A program made the position numbers and the translations under genes. Below, one piece after another: positions 20,887 through 30,023 of a stretch of DNA of 64,000 nt. Position 1 is the stretch's first letter; the number at the start of each line of letters is the position of its first letter. The DNA is taken from the sequence record DRR378314_790. One strand, given 5' to 3'. Below the pieces are notes generated by a model, which ran no database searches, had not been told where the DNA came from, and saw only the letters and a program-made list of their open reading frames with translations.

Positions 20887-22506
20887 GTGCCTGAATTCGA
20901 TATAGAGGGGTTGCCGAGCTCATTTACCGAGCTCAAAGCCAATGCAATATATATATTTATATCTCCTCTAGATAATCAAGTTATAGAGTTTGCCTTGCAG
21001 GCTATCTCGAGCACTTCGTCAGCGCACCTGTTTATCTTATCATCTCAAATCGAACTGTTTTACGAATCGGCCCACGGCGCTAATTTAAACGCTCTTCATG
21101 AAAGAGGCAATGTACATTCTTTTTCATTTGATTACGCTGTCGCACAAAAAAAGCAGCTTAGTTTTACTAACAACCTACTGAATGAACTGAAAGTGTATGA
21201 TGAGCTTGCGGGCTCCACGGTTGTGCTTCACATTCATACCGACTTATTTACGCGACACTCTCAAGCGCAGTTAACTGAACGACTGAAGCAATACGATAAG
21301 TTTGCGAAAAAAAACCAACTGACATTCATCTTTATTGTTACAGGAATTGAAGTTGCGCAAGTACGCAGAGATGTGCAAGTGCTCAACAAATATTTTGATG
21401 GCATTGTTTATATTTCAAATGAGTCTGCTGTACGCACTATTGAGTATGATTATTGGAGTTACAGTGAGGGTGTTAAGGCGGGTGAGTCTGTTCAGCTAGA
21501 GGTCTTTGGCGATCGATTAAAAGCGGTCACAAAAAGTGAATTGAGTGAGCAAAATCCGCATCAAAATTTTGACGAAGATGATGTGTGGTTAGTTAAGACA
21601 GCAGTACCAGAAGGCACCAAATTACCGGTGTTTTATAAAACAGTCGCCGATAACGAAGCGCTGTTTAAGCATGGTAAAAAAGTTAAAGCGGCCACATTGG
21701 TATTTGCTGTGACGCGCTACACAGATTTAGCAACCTTAGCAAGCCAGTGCTTTTCGTTAAGGAACCACTGTGGTAAGAAGTTAAAATTAGTGGTGCAGAA
21801 CGTAGATGGTATTATCCGCCACCAAGACGAATGTTTGTTTTTGACTTTGGGTGTTAACCTTATTTTATACAGTTTCTCAGAACCATCTCGTTTGCTTTCT
21901 CAGATTCAGTCAATACAGGGGTTTCAGTTTTCAAGGCCTTTGCCTAGCAACATTGAAGAGGTTTTGAAATATTCAGAAAGCTCGCTCTCAAAAGGGTTTT
22001 TACCGCTAAAAAAGTTTGCAAAACAGGTATTGAATTACAGTGATTCTGCTGCGAATATGGGCGTAAGTGGCGTGTTAGTAGTATTACGGTTATTGCCCCG
22101 TATAGAGGCGATACACCCTTTACAGCTGTTCCATGTTAAGCGCGAGGGGGATGTGTTTAGTACTGTCGATGATCAAGTATACTTATACCTGCATGCATGT
22201 CGTGAACATGATGTTGAAAATGCAATTAAACATCTATTTAGGTTAAAAGTGGCTGATTTCTTCGATTCAAAAATTGTAATCGCCGACCACTTCTTTATTC
22301 AGCAAGAATGTAGGCGTTTAAAAAATAAGTACGATGCTGTTGAAGTGCCTGATTATACAATGCAATTACAAGATAATACTCGTCATATATTTGATAAACG
22401 ACCTGCCGATAATACAAAAGCCAAGGTAGATTCACCTGAATTTAGAAAAGTAACTAGGCCTTTTGCAACGCGTTGTTTAATGAGTTTGAAGGAATCGATG
22501 AAATGA
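20887..22506 (+). CDS. bcsE: c-di-GMP-binding cellulose biosynthesis protein
   Basis: Divergent from bcsR; AATLVF, LRNHCG, IQGFQFSR and the I-site-like REGD motif (KREGDVF), LHACR. Confidence 0.88.
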   Translation: MPEFDIEGLPSSFTELKANAIYIFISPLDNQVIEFALQAISSTSSAHLFILSSQIELFYESAHGANLNALHERGNVHSFSFDYAVAQKKQLSFTNNLLNELKVYDELAGSTVVLHIHTDLFTRHSQAQLTERLKQYDKFAKKNQLTFIFIVTGIEVAQVRRDVQVLNKYFDGIVYISNESAVRTIEYDYWSYSEGVKAGESVQLEVFGDRLKAVTKSELSEQNPHQNFDEDDVWLVKTAVPEGTKLPVFYKTVADNEALFKHGKKVKAATLVFAVTRYTDLATLASQCFSLRNHCGKKLKLVVQNVDGIIRHQDECLFLTLGVNLILYSFSEPSRLLSQIQSIQGFQFSRPLPSNIEEVLKYSESSLSKGFLPLKKFAKQVLNYSDSAANMGVSGVLVVLRLLPRIEAIHPLQLFHVKREGDVFSTVDDQVYLYLHACREHDVENAIKHLFRLKVADFFDSKIVIADHFFIQQECRRLKNKYDAVEVPDYTMQLQDNTRHIFDKRPADNTKAKVDSPEFRKVTRPFATRCLMSLKESMK

Positions 22507-22679
22507 ACCTAAATCAGTTTTTTATTACTTTTGTTGTTGCGTTAATCTTTGGGGTCGTTTTGAGCAATATCGCAAAAACACTTTTTGTTCATTTTATGAG
22601 GTTTTATCGAAAGCTGACATTCAGGCATGTATTACTTAAGCCGTATGAGCCGAGTATTAAAAAGAAGGATAAAATGTGA
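22503..22679 (+). CDS. bcsF: Small single-TM cellulose biosynthesis protein (ATG 22503 overlaps the bcsE stop)
   Basis: Short protein with N-terminal TM and basic tail ending …LKP…, located between bcsE and bcsG. Confidence 0.75.
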   Translation: MNLNQFFITFVVALIFGVVLSNIAKTLFVHFMRFYRKLTFRHVLLKPYEPSIKKKDKM

Positions 22680-24255
22680 AAATAACAGGTTTAGGTATTT
22701 GGAATGTCTATTTTTTAATTAAAATTGCTTTATATGCGCGTGGCGAAATTTCATTTCATTTTATAGAAAATTTAGCTTTCTTTGCTTTTTTGGCATTGTC
22801 ATTTAATCACCCTTTAGTGCAGCGTGCTAAGCACGTTTTGGCAGGGGGACTTGCGATTATTTTATTTTATTTTATTATGATTCATGGTTACCGCCTATAT
22901 CGCGTTTACTGAAGCAGGTTGGCAATGTACAAGATTTTAGCCTAGATTATTTTATTGAAATAAGCGCGCGCGTGGTTAGCTTAGAATTGTTTTTAAGCCT
23001 CTTCATAGTGTGTGTGTTTTACCGATACACTCATCAATGGCTTCGCTATACTACGCTTTCATTGGTTGGGTTTGGCTATGCTTATTGGCTGGCTTCAGCG
23101 AGCGTTGATGTTGAGGTCGTCCCAGCTCAAGTATCACAAAAACAATCTCGGGTTGCTGCAAAGCAATTAGTTGATGTGGGAGCATCACTTTCTCCACAAC
23201 AACAGCTTACACGTTTTTATCAAGAGCAAAGCCAATTAACCAGTGTGTTTCCTGAACAATTGCCAGAAAACCCTTTTGATGTATTAATTCTCAATGTGTG
23301 CTCTTTATCAACAGCAGACCTAAATGCAATTGATGTAGATCCGCGTGAGCTATTTAGTAATTTTGATGTCTTGTTTAGTGATTTTAATTCAGCCACATCC
23401 TACAGTGGCCCTGCAGCTATTAGGTTATTGCGAGCAAGCTGTGGGCAAACCAGTCAACCACAACTCTTTGAGTCGGTGCCTAAGCAGTGCTACTTGTTTG
23501 AAAATTTAGCTGAACTGGGGTTTGATACCTCAGTTGCTATGAACCACGATGGGCACTTTGATGATTTTAAAGGGTTAATAAATTCATATGGTGGCATAAA
23601 TATTCCTAAATTAAATTTTACGAATTATTCACCCTTTCAATTCGGGTTTGATGGAAAACCTATTTACTCAGATCAAGAAGTACTAACCAACTGGCTTTCA
23701 TCCCAGCAAAAGAGCAATAAACCACGTGCGCTTTATTACAATACGATCAGCTTACATGATGGTAATCAAATTGCAGGTTATGAGCGCATGAGCAGCCCAC
23801 AAAGTTACCCAATTAGACAAAAACAGCTTTTTAGTGATATTAATCAGTTTATTGATAAGCTTGAGAGTGCAAAGCGTAATACGTTATTAGTGCTCGTGCC
23901 TGAGCATGGTGCAGCCTTAGAGGGTGATAAGGTTCAATTTTCAGGATTACGAGAAATACCAAGTCCTAAGATAGTTTCAGTTCCTAGTGCGATTAAGTTT
24001 ATTGGGCCTAATATAACTCACTCGGGGTTAATTGAGATCAGTGAGTCAACGAGCTATTTTGCCCTATCTGAAATCATCAGCCGTGCACTACGAACTAATG
24101 TGTTCTCAGGAAATACATCAATTGGTTCACTACTTAACGATTTGCCACGGGCACCTAAAGTAGCTGAGAATGAAGACACTATAATGATGTATATCAATGA
24201 GCGACCGTATATTCAGCTTGATGGTGGGGAGTGGACTGAATATCCTCAAGGTTAA
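22676..24255 (+). pseudogene. bcsG: Cellulose phosphoethanolamine transferase, frameshifted at ~22859-22873
   Basis: The 5' ORF begins like BcsG (GLGIWNVYFLIK). The conserved YDSWLPP continues in another frame and runs into the 427-aa ORF with FDVLILNVCSLS, FNSATSYSGPAAIRLLRASCG, LHDGN and PEHG. Confidence 0.88.
22859..22873 (+). repeat. (ATTTT)3 simple sequence repeat at the bcsG frameshift
   Basis: Sequence …GATT ATTTT ATTTT ATTTT ATT ATGATTCATGG; removing one 5-bp unit restores the frame. Confidence 0.8.
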
Positions 24256-24329
24256 TATGAAATAAGGCTAAGGCACTTTGTTTTGTGTGGACTATTAGGG
24301 GAAATTAGCGGGGATTACGCTTTTTACAT

Positions 24330-24365
24330 AAAAAATCGGGCAACTTACATTGCCCGATACTTTTT
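24330..24365. terminator. Likely bidirectional terminator between bcsG and the convergent 404-aa gene
   Basis: AAAAAATCGGGCAA-CTTACA-TTGCCCGATACTTTTT. Confidence 0.75.
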
Positions 24366-24375
24366 CTAGTCGGTA

Positions 24376-25590
24376 TTAATTACAATAATTACCATCAACA
24401 AATGTCAAATCATTTAGGTGTGAAGGTCCTTCCATTACAAAAGTAGCCTCAGCGGTATTCTGATTTAATTGATAAATTTTAGCGTTCTCGCCACTTTCGC
24501 GTCCAGATACATAAATAGCCCCATCATCTGCAATAGCGATACCTGAAGCCCAATTTACGTTGTGCTCACCAATCAGAGAAAGCTCCAGCGAACCCTGATC
24601 AACAGTATAAAGTGCTTTACCTGTTAACACATAAAGCACATTGTTATCTGCAGAGTAAGCAATATCACCGTGAGAGAAAGAGTCACCCGGGTAAGTTAAT
24701 TTGCCTAACACTGTTTTATCACCCGTCGCTAAATCAAAGTCATACATGTATGTTTTACTGGTTGCACGAAGTGTCGTGCCATCAGCGCTCATTGCAGAGC
24801 GATAGATTGGGTATGATTTAGTCGGTGATACTAACGATTGTTGGTTGTTAGCAAGATCAAGCGAAAGAATTTGCGATACTTTTGTTGAGCGGTCTAATTG
24901 CTCCATGAAATAAAGCACACCATTATGTGAGGCGATATTTGATGCTGTATTATTCAAGCCAGCTACTGTTGAGTAAGTATTTGTATCTGTGTTGAAAAAG
25001 TAAACGTAACCTTCTTCGTTAGAACCAAAGTTATTAATACCATATAGACCAGAGGCGCAAGCCGTCGATACTTTTACATCATCAATAAAAGCACCATAAG
25101 AATCAGATTTCCCAGCTCCAACGAACTTAAGTTCTGAGCTATTTGAGTTAGCTTTAACAGTGTAAGTAAACTTCTGCCAGCCTCGGCTTGTTGCGTTTAA
25201 TGTATCAAGAAGTTCACCATCCCAGTAAACTTTAGCTTTATTTGTTGTTTCATCACCATCTCTACGGGCTGAATAATAAAAGCTAATCTCATAGTTTTGC
25301 TGTGCTTGTGTTTCAAGTGTCTGAAACACACTGTAGTTGGCTGTTGAATCTAGTTCGATATACTGAGTACCATCTTGTGAAGGGACGATATTGAGTGCTG
25401 TTGTTTGAATTTCAAACTTCGCATTATCAGAACGTTGCCAGCCAGGTACTTTGTTGAATAAGCTCCAAGTTCCTGAAACTTGTGCTGTATCTTCAAATGA
25501 ACCATTTACAACTAAGTTGCTGCTGGCCATTGTAAAGCTAGATGCTAAAAGTAGAGGTAGAGCAGCAAGCTTAAAGGTTGAGTTTTTCAT
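24376..25590 (-). CDS. Secreted protein: DUF642/CBM-like galactose-binding-fold domain + beta-propeller-like C-terminus
   Basis: Signal peptide; NLVVNGSFE…GTQYIELD…Q…YEISFYYS…GAFIDDVKV jelly-roll pattern; repeated GDIAY/SGIAI/NDLTF blades. Confidence 0.7.
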   Translation of the reverse strand: MKNSTFKLAALPLLLASSFTMASSNLVVNGSFEDTAQVSGTWSLFNKVPGWQRSDNAKFEIQTTALNIVPSQDGTQYIELDSTANYSVFQTLETQAQQNYEISFYYSARRDGDETTNKAKVYWDGELLDTLNATSRGWQKFTYTVKANSNSSELKFVGAGKSDSYGAFIDDVKVSTACASGLYGINNFGSNEEGYVYFFNTDTNTYSTVAGLNNTASNIASHNGVLYFMEQLDRSTKVSQILSLDLANNQQSLVSPTKSYPIYRSAMSADGTTLRATSKTYMYDFDLATGDKTVLGKLTYPGDSFSHGDIAYSADNNVLYVLTGKALYTVDQGSLELSLIGEHNVNWASGIAIADDGAIYVSGRESGENAKIYQLNQNTAEATFVMEGPSHLNDLTFVDGNYCN

Positions 25591-25909
25591 AAAGTATCTC
25601 CTACAAGATGACTAGTAATGATTCTGTTAACATTTTGTTTAACTTTAATTGGTACTATTTTGCTATTTTTTGGTGGTTTGGTCAAATGTAGAACACTCGG
25701 AATTTTCGTATTATTACGTTGGATTTTTCTCTACAAAATATTATTTATTATTTTTTAGTGACTTATAATTTTTTGATGGGTGTGAACAATTTAAATCACT
25801 TATCTGGTAGTAATTGAACGTTGGCTTGAATTAGTGCATAAGTCTAAATAATTATCAGGGGTCTAATAAAAAAGAATTTAGCAACTTTTATACTCAAGTC
25901 TTATCAATA

Positions 25910-28900
25910 TCATTTATTTTTTTCGTTTGAAAAAGAAAGCCAACCAGGTTTCTGGTTTCGGTTTAGCTTAGCGAGGATTTCAATCGCTTTTTCCAAGGTT
26001 ATGCGATTGTTTGCAATATCTTTATAAACACGGATAGCGATTTTTTTACGTTTTACCGCAGCGCCGGCTTCTAAGAAAGACTCTACGACTTGAGTAGCGA
26101 AACGCTTAATTGTACTTTTTTGCTTTTTAACTGATTGGCCGTTCTTTATTTTTGCGCGTTTACTTAGGCGCTCAGTGATATGTTGAAGTTCAGCTTGGCT
26201 ATATTCATTTTGTGCGTGATGGGCTTTTCTGATTTGAATAATCGCATTCGTTAAATAGGTGGCCTCAAGTTCTGAAAATTGATTAATGAGTGATAGACGT
26301 GCTAACGCTTGCCTAAAGTGATCGGCAGAGCAACTTTCATCAAGTAATGTTTTAATATTATCGTAAATACGTTGCCACTGCTGCCAGCTGTAAACGTAAC
26401 CAAGGCCTGTCCCTTTGATGTTCTGCATTCCTACAATAACTTGATGGCAGTTAGGCCTAGCATAAGTCGATAATTCGATAGTCAATTCGTTGGCAGAAAT
26501 TTGAGAGTCATCTATGAGCACACACTTACTGTGTGCAAGGCTAAGTAAAGTTTGTTTTAATTGTTGTTGGTTTTTTTCAATGTTATCAAATAAAGGCTGA
26601 ATTTTTTTATAACTTATATAATGCTCAAATACATCTTTTAAACTTGTTTTGCGTTGTTCAGGTAAGTCAAAATCTTGATTTTTAAACCAAGAATCTAAGC
26701 GTGCTTGGTTGGTTATTCCCTCAAGCTCATGCGCTGGCAAAGTAGACTCTAGCGCACTATTAAATAGCGTAATAAGTGAGTCAAAATCCTTAATACAATG
26801 TAATTGCGAGCATAATAATTCTAACTCTTGGCGATCATTGTTCTTGATTATTCGCTCTAAACGAGCTGTAAATGCTTGAATATAGTAACTATAAAACCCA
26901 TCTACATTTGTTCCTATCACGACCATTTTATCGAATGGTAAATCGTTAGCGAGAATTTCAGCAAACACCTTAGAACGGGCAACGCGGTCATTACGATTAT
27001 TTATAAGTGCTATGGTCTGTTTTGTTGGATCGTTTGATAATTCAAATAGGTTTAAACGCTTCCAATTTTCAAGAGTTGCTAAACGTTCGTTGGCAGACAT
27101 GCTATTAACAAATGACATGTTAAAGCCATTAAATGGTGCTGCTGTGAAGTGTTGTAAAACACCAATATCTGGAACGATACGTTGTGATGTTTCTTTAAAT
27201 ACAAAGTCTTTATCTAGGCCAATATGCGCCGCCATCTTGCACACTAAAGCGATATTGTCTGGGTGCTCCTGGTAAGGGTAAAGTGCTCTTATATCAGGGG
27301 GGATTTGATAACCATCCCCCCAATGAACTTGCACAAGGGTGCTTTTCTTTAGCGTGGCATCCTTTTCTAGAATGGGCATCATCGTTTGTTCGCTGGTAAA
27401 TACTAAGTTATTTGGTGCGATAAAATTAGCCATTTCTTTAGCAACATCAATACCTGTAGGCCCTAAAATGTCTTCATGATCAGGGTATGCATTGGTAATA
27501 GTAGAAAAGTTATCTTGCATCCATTGGCGTAAAATCCTCACGTATCGAGGTGTTAGCCCCATGCACTCCCATAAAAAAACATCGGCTTTTACATTTTTTG
27601 CAAAATGTAAAATATCACTTTGTTCCCAAATACTCGCTTTATCAAAAGGGCGAAATATAGGTACTTCAAATTGATCACCGTTTGAACGTGCAAATATCAT
27701 CGTGGCTTCACAGCCAGTTGTTTTGGTTATAACTTTAAGTGCTAGGCCACTAAAAAGAGCTGCTTTGAGCCTTTCTGTGCCTGACTTACCTCGTGTTCCC
27801 CAGCCTCCAATACTAACGGGAATTGCTTTTCTATCTCTTTTTATACGTTGACTGACATGGACATGGCGGCCCCAAAAATACAGCATAAAACCCAGTACAA
27901 AAAATATTAGCTGGCCAATACTGTTTTGATAAATAGAATATAAATATTCTTTAAAGCTAAGCCACACATTCACAAAGAGCGGAGAAACACTTAATTTTTT
28001 ATAAAGGTTACTAATTCCTTCTTCAACCTCAAAGTGACAACCAAGTTGTTCACCATAAGCCTTAAACTCAAGTTTAAAGCCGTTTTTTTCGAGTTTTGAT
28101 AAATAGTTTTTTTGTTCAATATCGTTACCTTTTCGCAAGTTATCTAGTTGCTCAAGGTTAAGTGACAACCAAATGTATGTCTTTACGCGTTGAAAAAGTG
28201 TTGCAGGTGGAGTGACACATAAAATACCGTCAGGTGTGTATGTTTTTGCTGCTTGCTTTAAATCGTCTTGACTTAACACTGATAATAAAAAATCAGGTAA
28301 GGGAAGGTGAGGGCGTGTTGAATGCTCTTTATCATCAAACAGAGGCTCTCCTGGAACGCTTGTTGTACTTATCTCAGCAACCGTGCAGCTAGGAACATGC
28401 ATAAATGCAGAAGGCTTTCTCGCTACGCTGTGGTTAAAGCTTTGACGTTTATCAGTACTTGGATTTCGCCATTCATGAATAAAGCGCCAAATGCGAAACG
28501 CGCTGTGATAACCATTACGAATGTGCCAATGATGTTTTTTATTGGTTACATTGTAGCCTTCATTTTGCTGTGCTTTACGGCTAAGTAAGCGCCCTAATAG
28601 CTCTTCATCTAATGACTTTTGGTCTATCAGAGTTTTATCAGATTGTGGGAGTGAATGCTCCAAAGATGCCACTTTAGTTTGGTGTGCAAATGAAACCAGT
28701 TGTTCGCGCGTTCTTGTGATGTATCGACGAACGGCGCGGTTAGGTTCTTGATTAAGTTGGTCATTTAAACACGCTATAAACTGCTTGAAGATTGCGTCTG
28801 GATCATCTGTTTCAAGTTGTAAGTTGAGCATTATTCTAGCGCTGAGCTCTAAGGTTAAACGTTTAATTTGTATACTGTGTTTGGACTTTAATAGCTCCTT

Positions 28901-30022
28901 CCATAAGCTAAAGGCTATCCCGTCTGTGCTCATGCGTGCATTGCTTAATTGTTTTACTAATGTAAAACGTACTGAATCTTCTGTTTCGTGCTTGAGGCGC
29001 TCGGTGATCAGCCTTTGTAAAAAAGGCAGATCAAAATACAACGACTGCTCAACAACACTTTGCCTTACTCTTGGGTAAGTGTGGCAAGCAAGGCGTTGCA
29101 GTAAATCTTCGCAATGCTTGGTTAAATGCAATTGACTGACTAAAATTTTTGGTAAAGCGGCTAATAGAAATAAACGCTGATCATCTTTGAGTTGAAATTG
29201 ATCTTGATTTTTGATGATTTGTGCCATAAATGCACGAATGTATGTAGGGCGTTGATGAATCAAGATTTCTAAAATATCTAATCGGGCTAAATGTGGTGTA
29301 TGAGGCTGCTCTAATGCTAACACTAATGTTTCCACTAAATTTGCGCTGAGCTCATGTTCATCCACTGTGTTATGTATAAGTTGTACTTGATTGGCTAACG
29401 CGCGATATAGCGCATTTTTTACATGTTCGCTTTTTGTTTGCGACAAGACATTTAGGAAAAAGCTTTCTAAATCGAGAGATTGCCATGCACTAGAAATATT
29501 TTTGGCATAATTTAGTAGATAGCGGTTACTCAAATCGCCTAGTTTACCAATTAAAAATTTTAATGTTTGTTCAATATCGGCAATGCTGTCTTGGTAGCGG
29601 TTAATGACAGCGCCTTCATCAAACCAACGAGAAAATGCTTGTTTGTCTTGTTTTAATTGTTCATCAGTTGCACCGAGCTGTTTTGCATAATCAAGAATAT
29701 GAAACTCTCTCTCAGCACTTATTTCAGCATGACTGATACGTTCAATAAATAACAGGTAGCCGGCATCTAGCTGCTGTAGATTCTGTTGCTTTTGCTCTAC
29801 TTGATGACGCAAAAATCCAATAGACTGGCGCAGTAGCCAATCGTTCTCGTCTTCTTGTTCTGGGATCGTTTGTAACAGCTCCCATTTTGCTAAATCATCA
29901 ACGAGCTGGCGATATTTTTGACGGTACAAGTCGAGCCAAAAATTGGCAATGTCAGCAAAAAGCACATGCTCTAAACGTTGCTTTAATTCTTGCTGTGTCA
30001 TTTGTTTATTTGCAGATGCCAT
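25910..30022 (-). CDS. capB: Giant CapB/PgsB-like poly-gamma-glutamate synthase (Mur/FolC-type ligase) with ~700-aa helical (HEAT-like) N-terminal extension
   Basis: P-loop GWGTRGKS, TKTTG, WECMGLTP, ITNAYPDHEDILGPT, FVNSMSAN, INNRNDRVARS, GMQNIKG all parallel PgsB motifs; TM just before the ligase domain. Confidence 0.85.
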   Translation of the reverse strand: MASANKQMTQQELKQRLEHVLFADIANFWLDLYRQKYRQLVDDLAKWELLQTIPEQEDENDWLLRQSIGFLRHQVEQKQQNLQQLDAGYLLFIERISHAEISAEREFHILDYAKQLGATDEQLKQDKQAFSRWFDEGAVINRYQDSIADIEQTLKFLIGKLGDLSNRYLLNYAKNISSAWQSLDLESFFLNVLSQTKSEHVKNALYRALANQVQLIHNTVDEHELSANLVETLVLALEQPHTPHLARLDILEILIHQRPTYIRAFMAQIIKNQDQFQLKDDQRLFLLAALPKILVSQLHLTKHCEDLLQRLACHTYPRVRQSVVEQSLYFDLPFLQRLITERLKHETEDSVRFTLVKQLSNARMSTDGIAFSLWKELLKSKHSIQIKRLTLELSARIMLNLQLETDDPDAIFKQFIACLNDQLNQEPNRAVRRYITRTREQLVSFAHQTKVASLEHSLPQSDKTLIDQKSLDEELLGRLLSRKAQQNEGYNVTNKKHHWHIRNGYHSAFRIWRFIHEWRNPSTDKRQSFNHSVARKPSAFMHVPSCTVAEISTTSVPGEPLFDDKEHSTRPHLPLPDFLLSVLSQDDLKQAAKTYTPDGILCVTPPATLFQRVKTYIWLSLNLEQLDNLRKGNDIEQKNYLSKLEKNGFKLEFKAYGEQLGCHFEVEEGISNLYKKLSVSPLFVNVWLSFKEYLYSIYQNSIGQLIFFVLGFMLYFWGRHVHVSQRIKRDRKAIPVSIGGWGTRGKSGTERLKAALFSGLALKVITKTTGCEATMIFARSNGDQFEVPIFRPFDKASIWEQSDILHFAKNVKADVFLWECMGLTPRYVRILRQWMQDNFSTITNAYPDHEDILGPTGIDVAKEMANFIAPNNLVFTSEQTMMPILEKDATLKKSTLVQVHWGDGYQIPPDIRALYPYQEHPDNIALVCKMAAHIGLDKDFVFKETSQRIVPDIGVLQHFTAAPFNGFNMSFVNSMSANERLATLENWKRLNLFELSNDPTKQTIALINNRNDRVARSKVFAEILANDLPFDKMVVIGTNVDGFYSYYIQAFTARLERIIKNNDRQELELLCSQLHCIKDFDSLITLFNSALESTLPAHELEGITNQARLDSWFKNQDFDLPEQRKTSLKDVFEHYISYKKIQPLFDNIEKNQQQLKQTLLSLAHSKCVLIDDSQISANELTIELSTYARPNCHQVIVGMQNIKGTGLGYVYSWQQWQRIYDNIKTLLDESCSADHFRQALARLSLINQFSELEATYLTNAIIQIRKAHHAQNEYSQAELQHITERLSKRAKIKNGQSVKKQKSTIKRFATQVVESFLEAGAAVKRKKIAIRVYKDIANNRITLEKAIEILAKLNRNQKPGWLSFSNEKNK

Positions 30023-30023
30023 A

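Noticed and set aside
22676-24255. Treating 22676-22912 and 22972-24255 as two separate genes
   Set aside because: The conserved BcsG sequence (YDSWLPP…DFSLDY) bridges them in the downstream frame, so they are one frameshifted gene.
25910-30022. Alternative call as cyanophycin synthetase, MurC-F or FolC
   Set aside because: No ATP-grasp domain motifs; the motif set (ECM, DH..GPT, AN, NxRxDR, GNIxG-like) and the neighbouring capC/capA match PgsB better.
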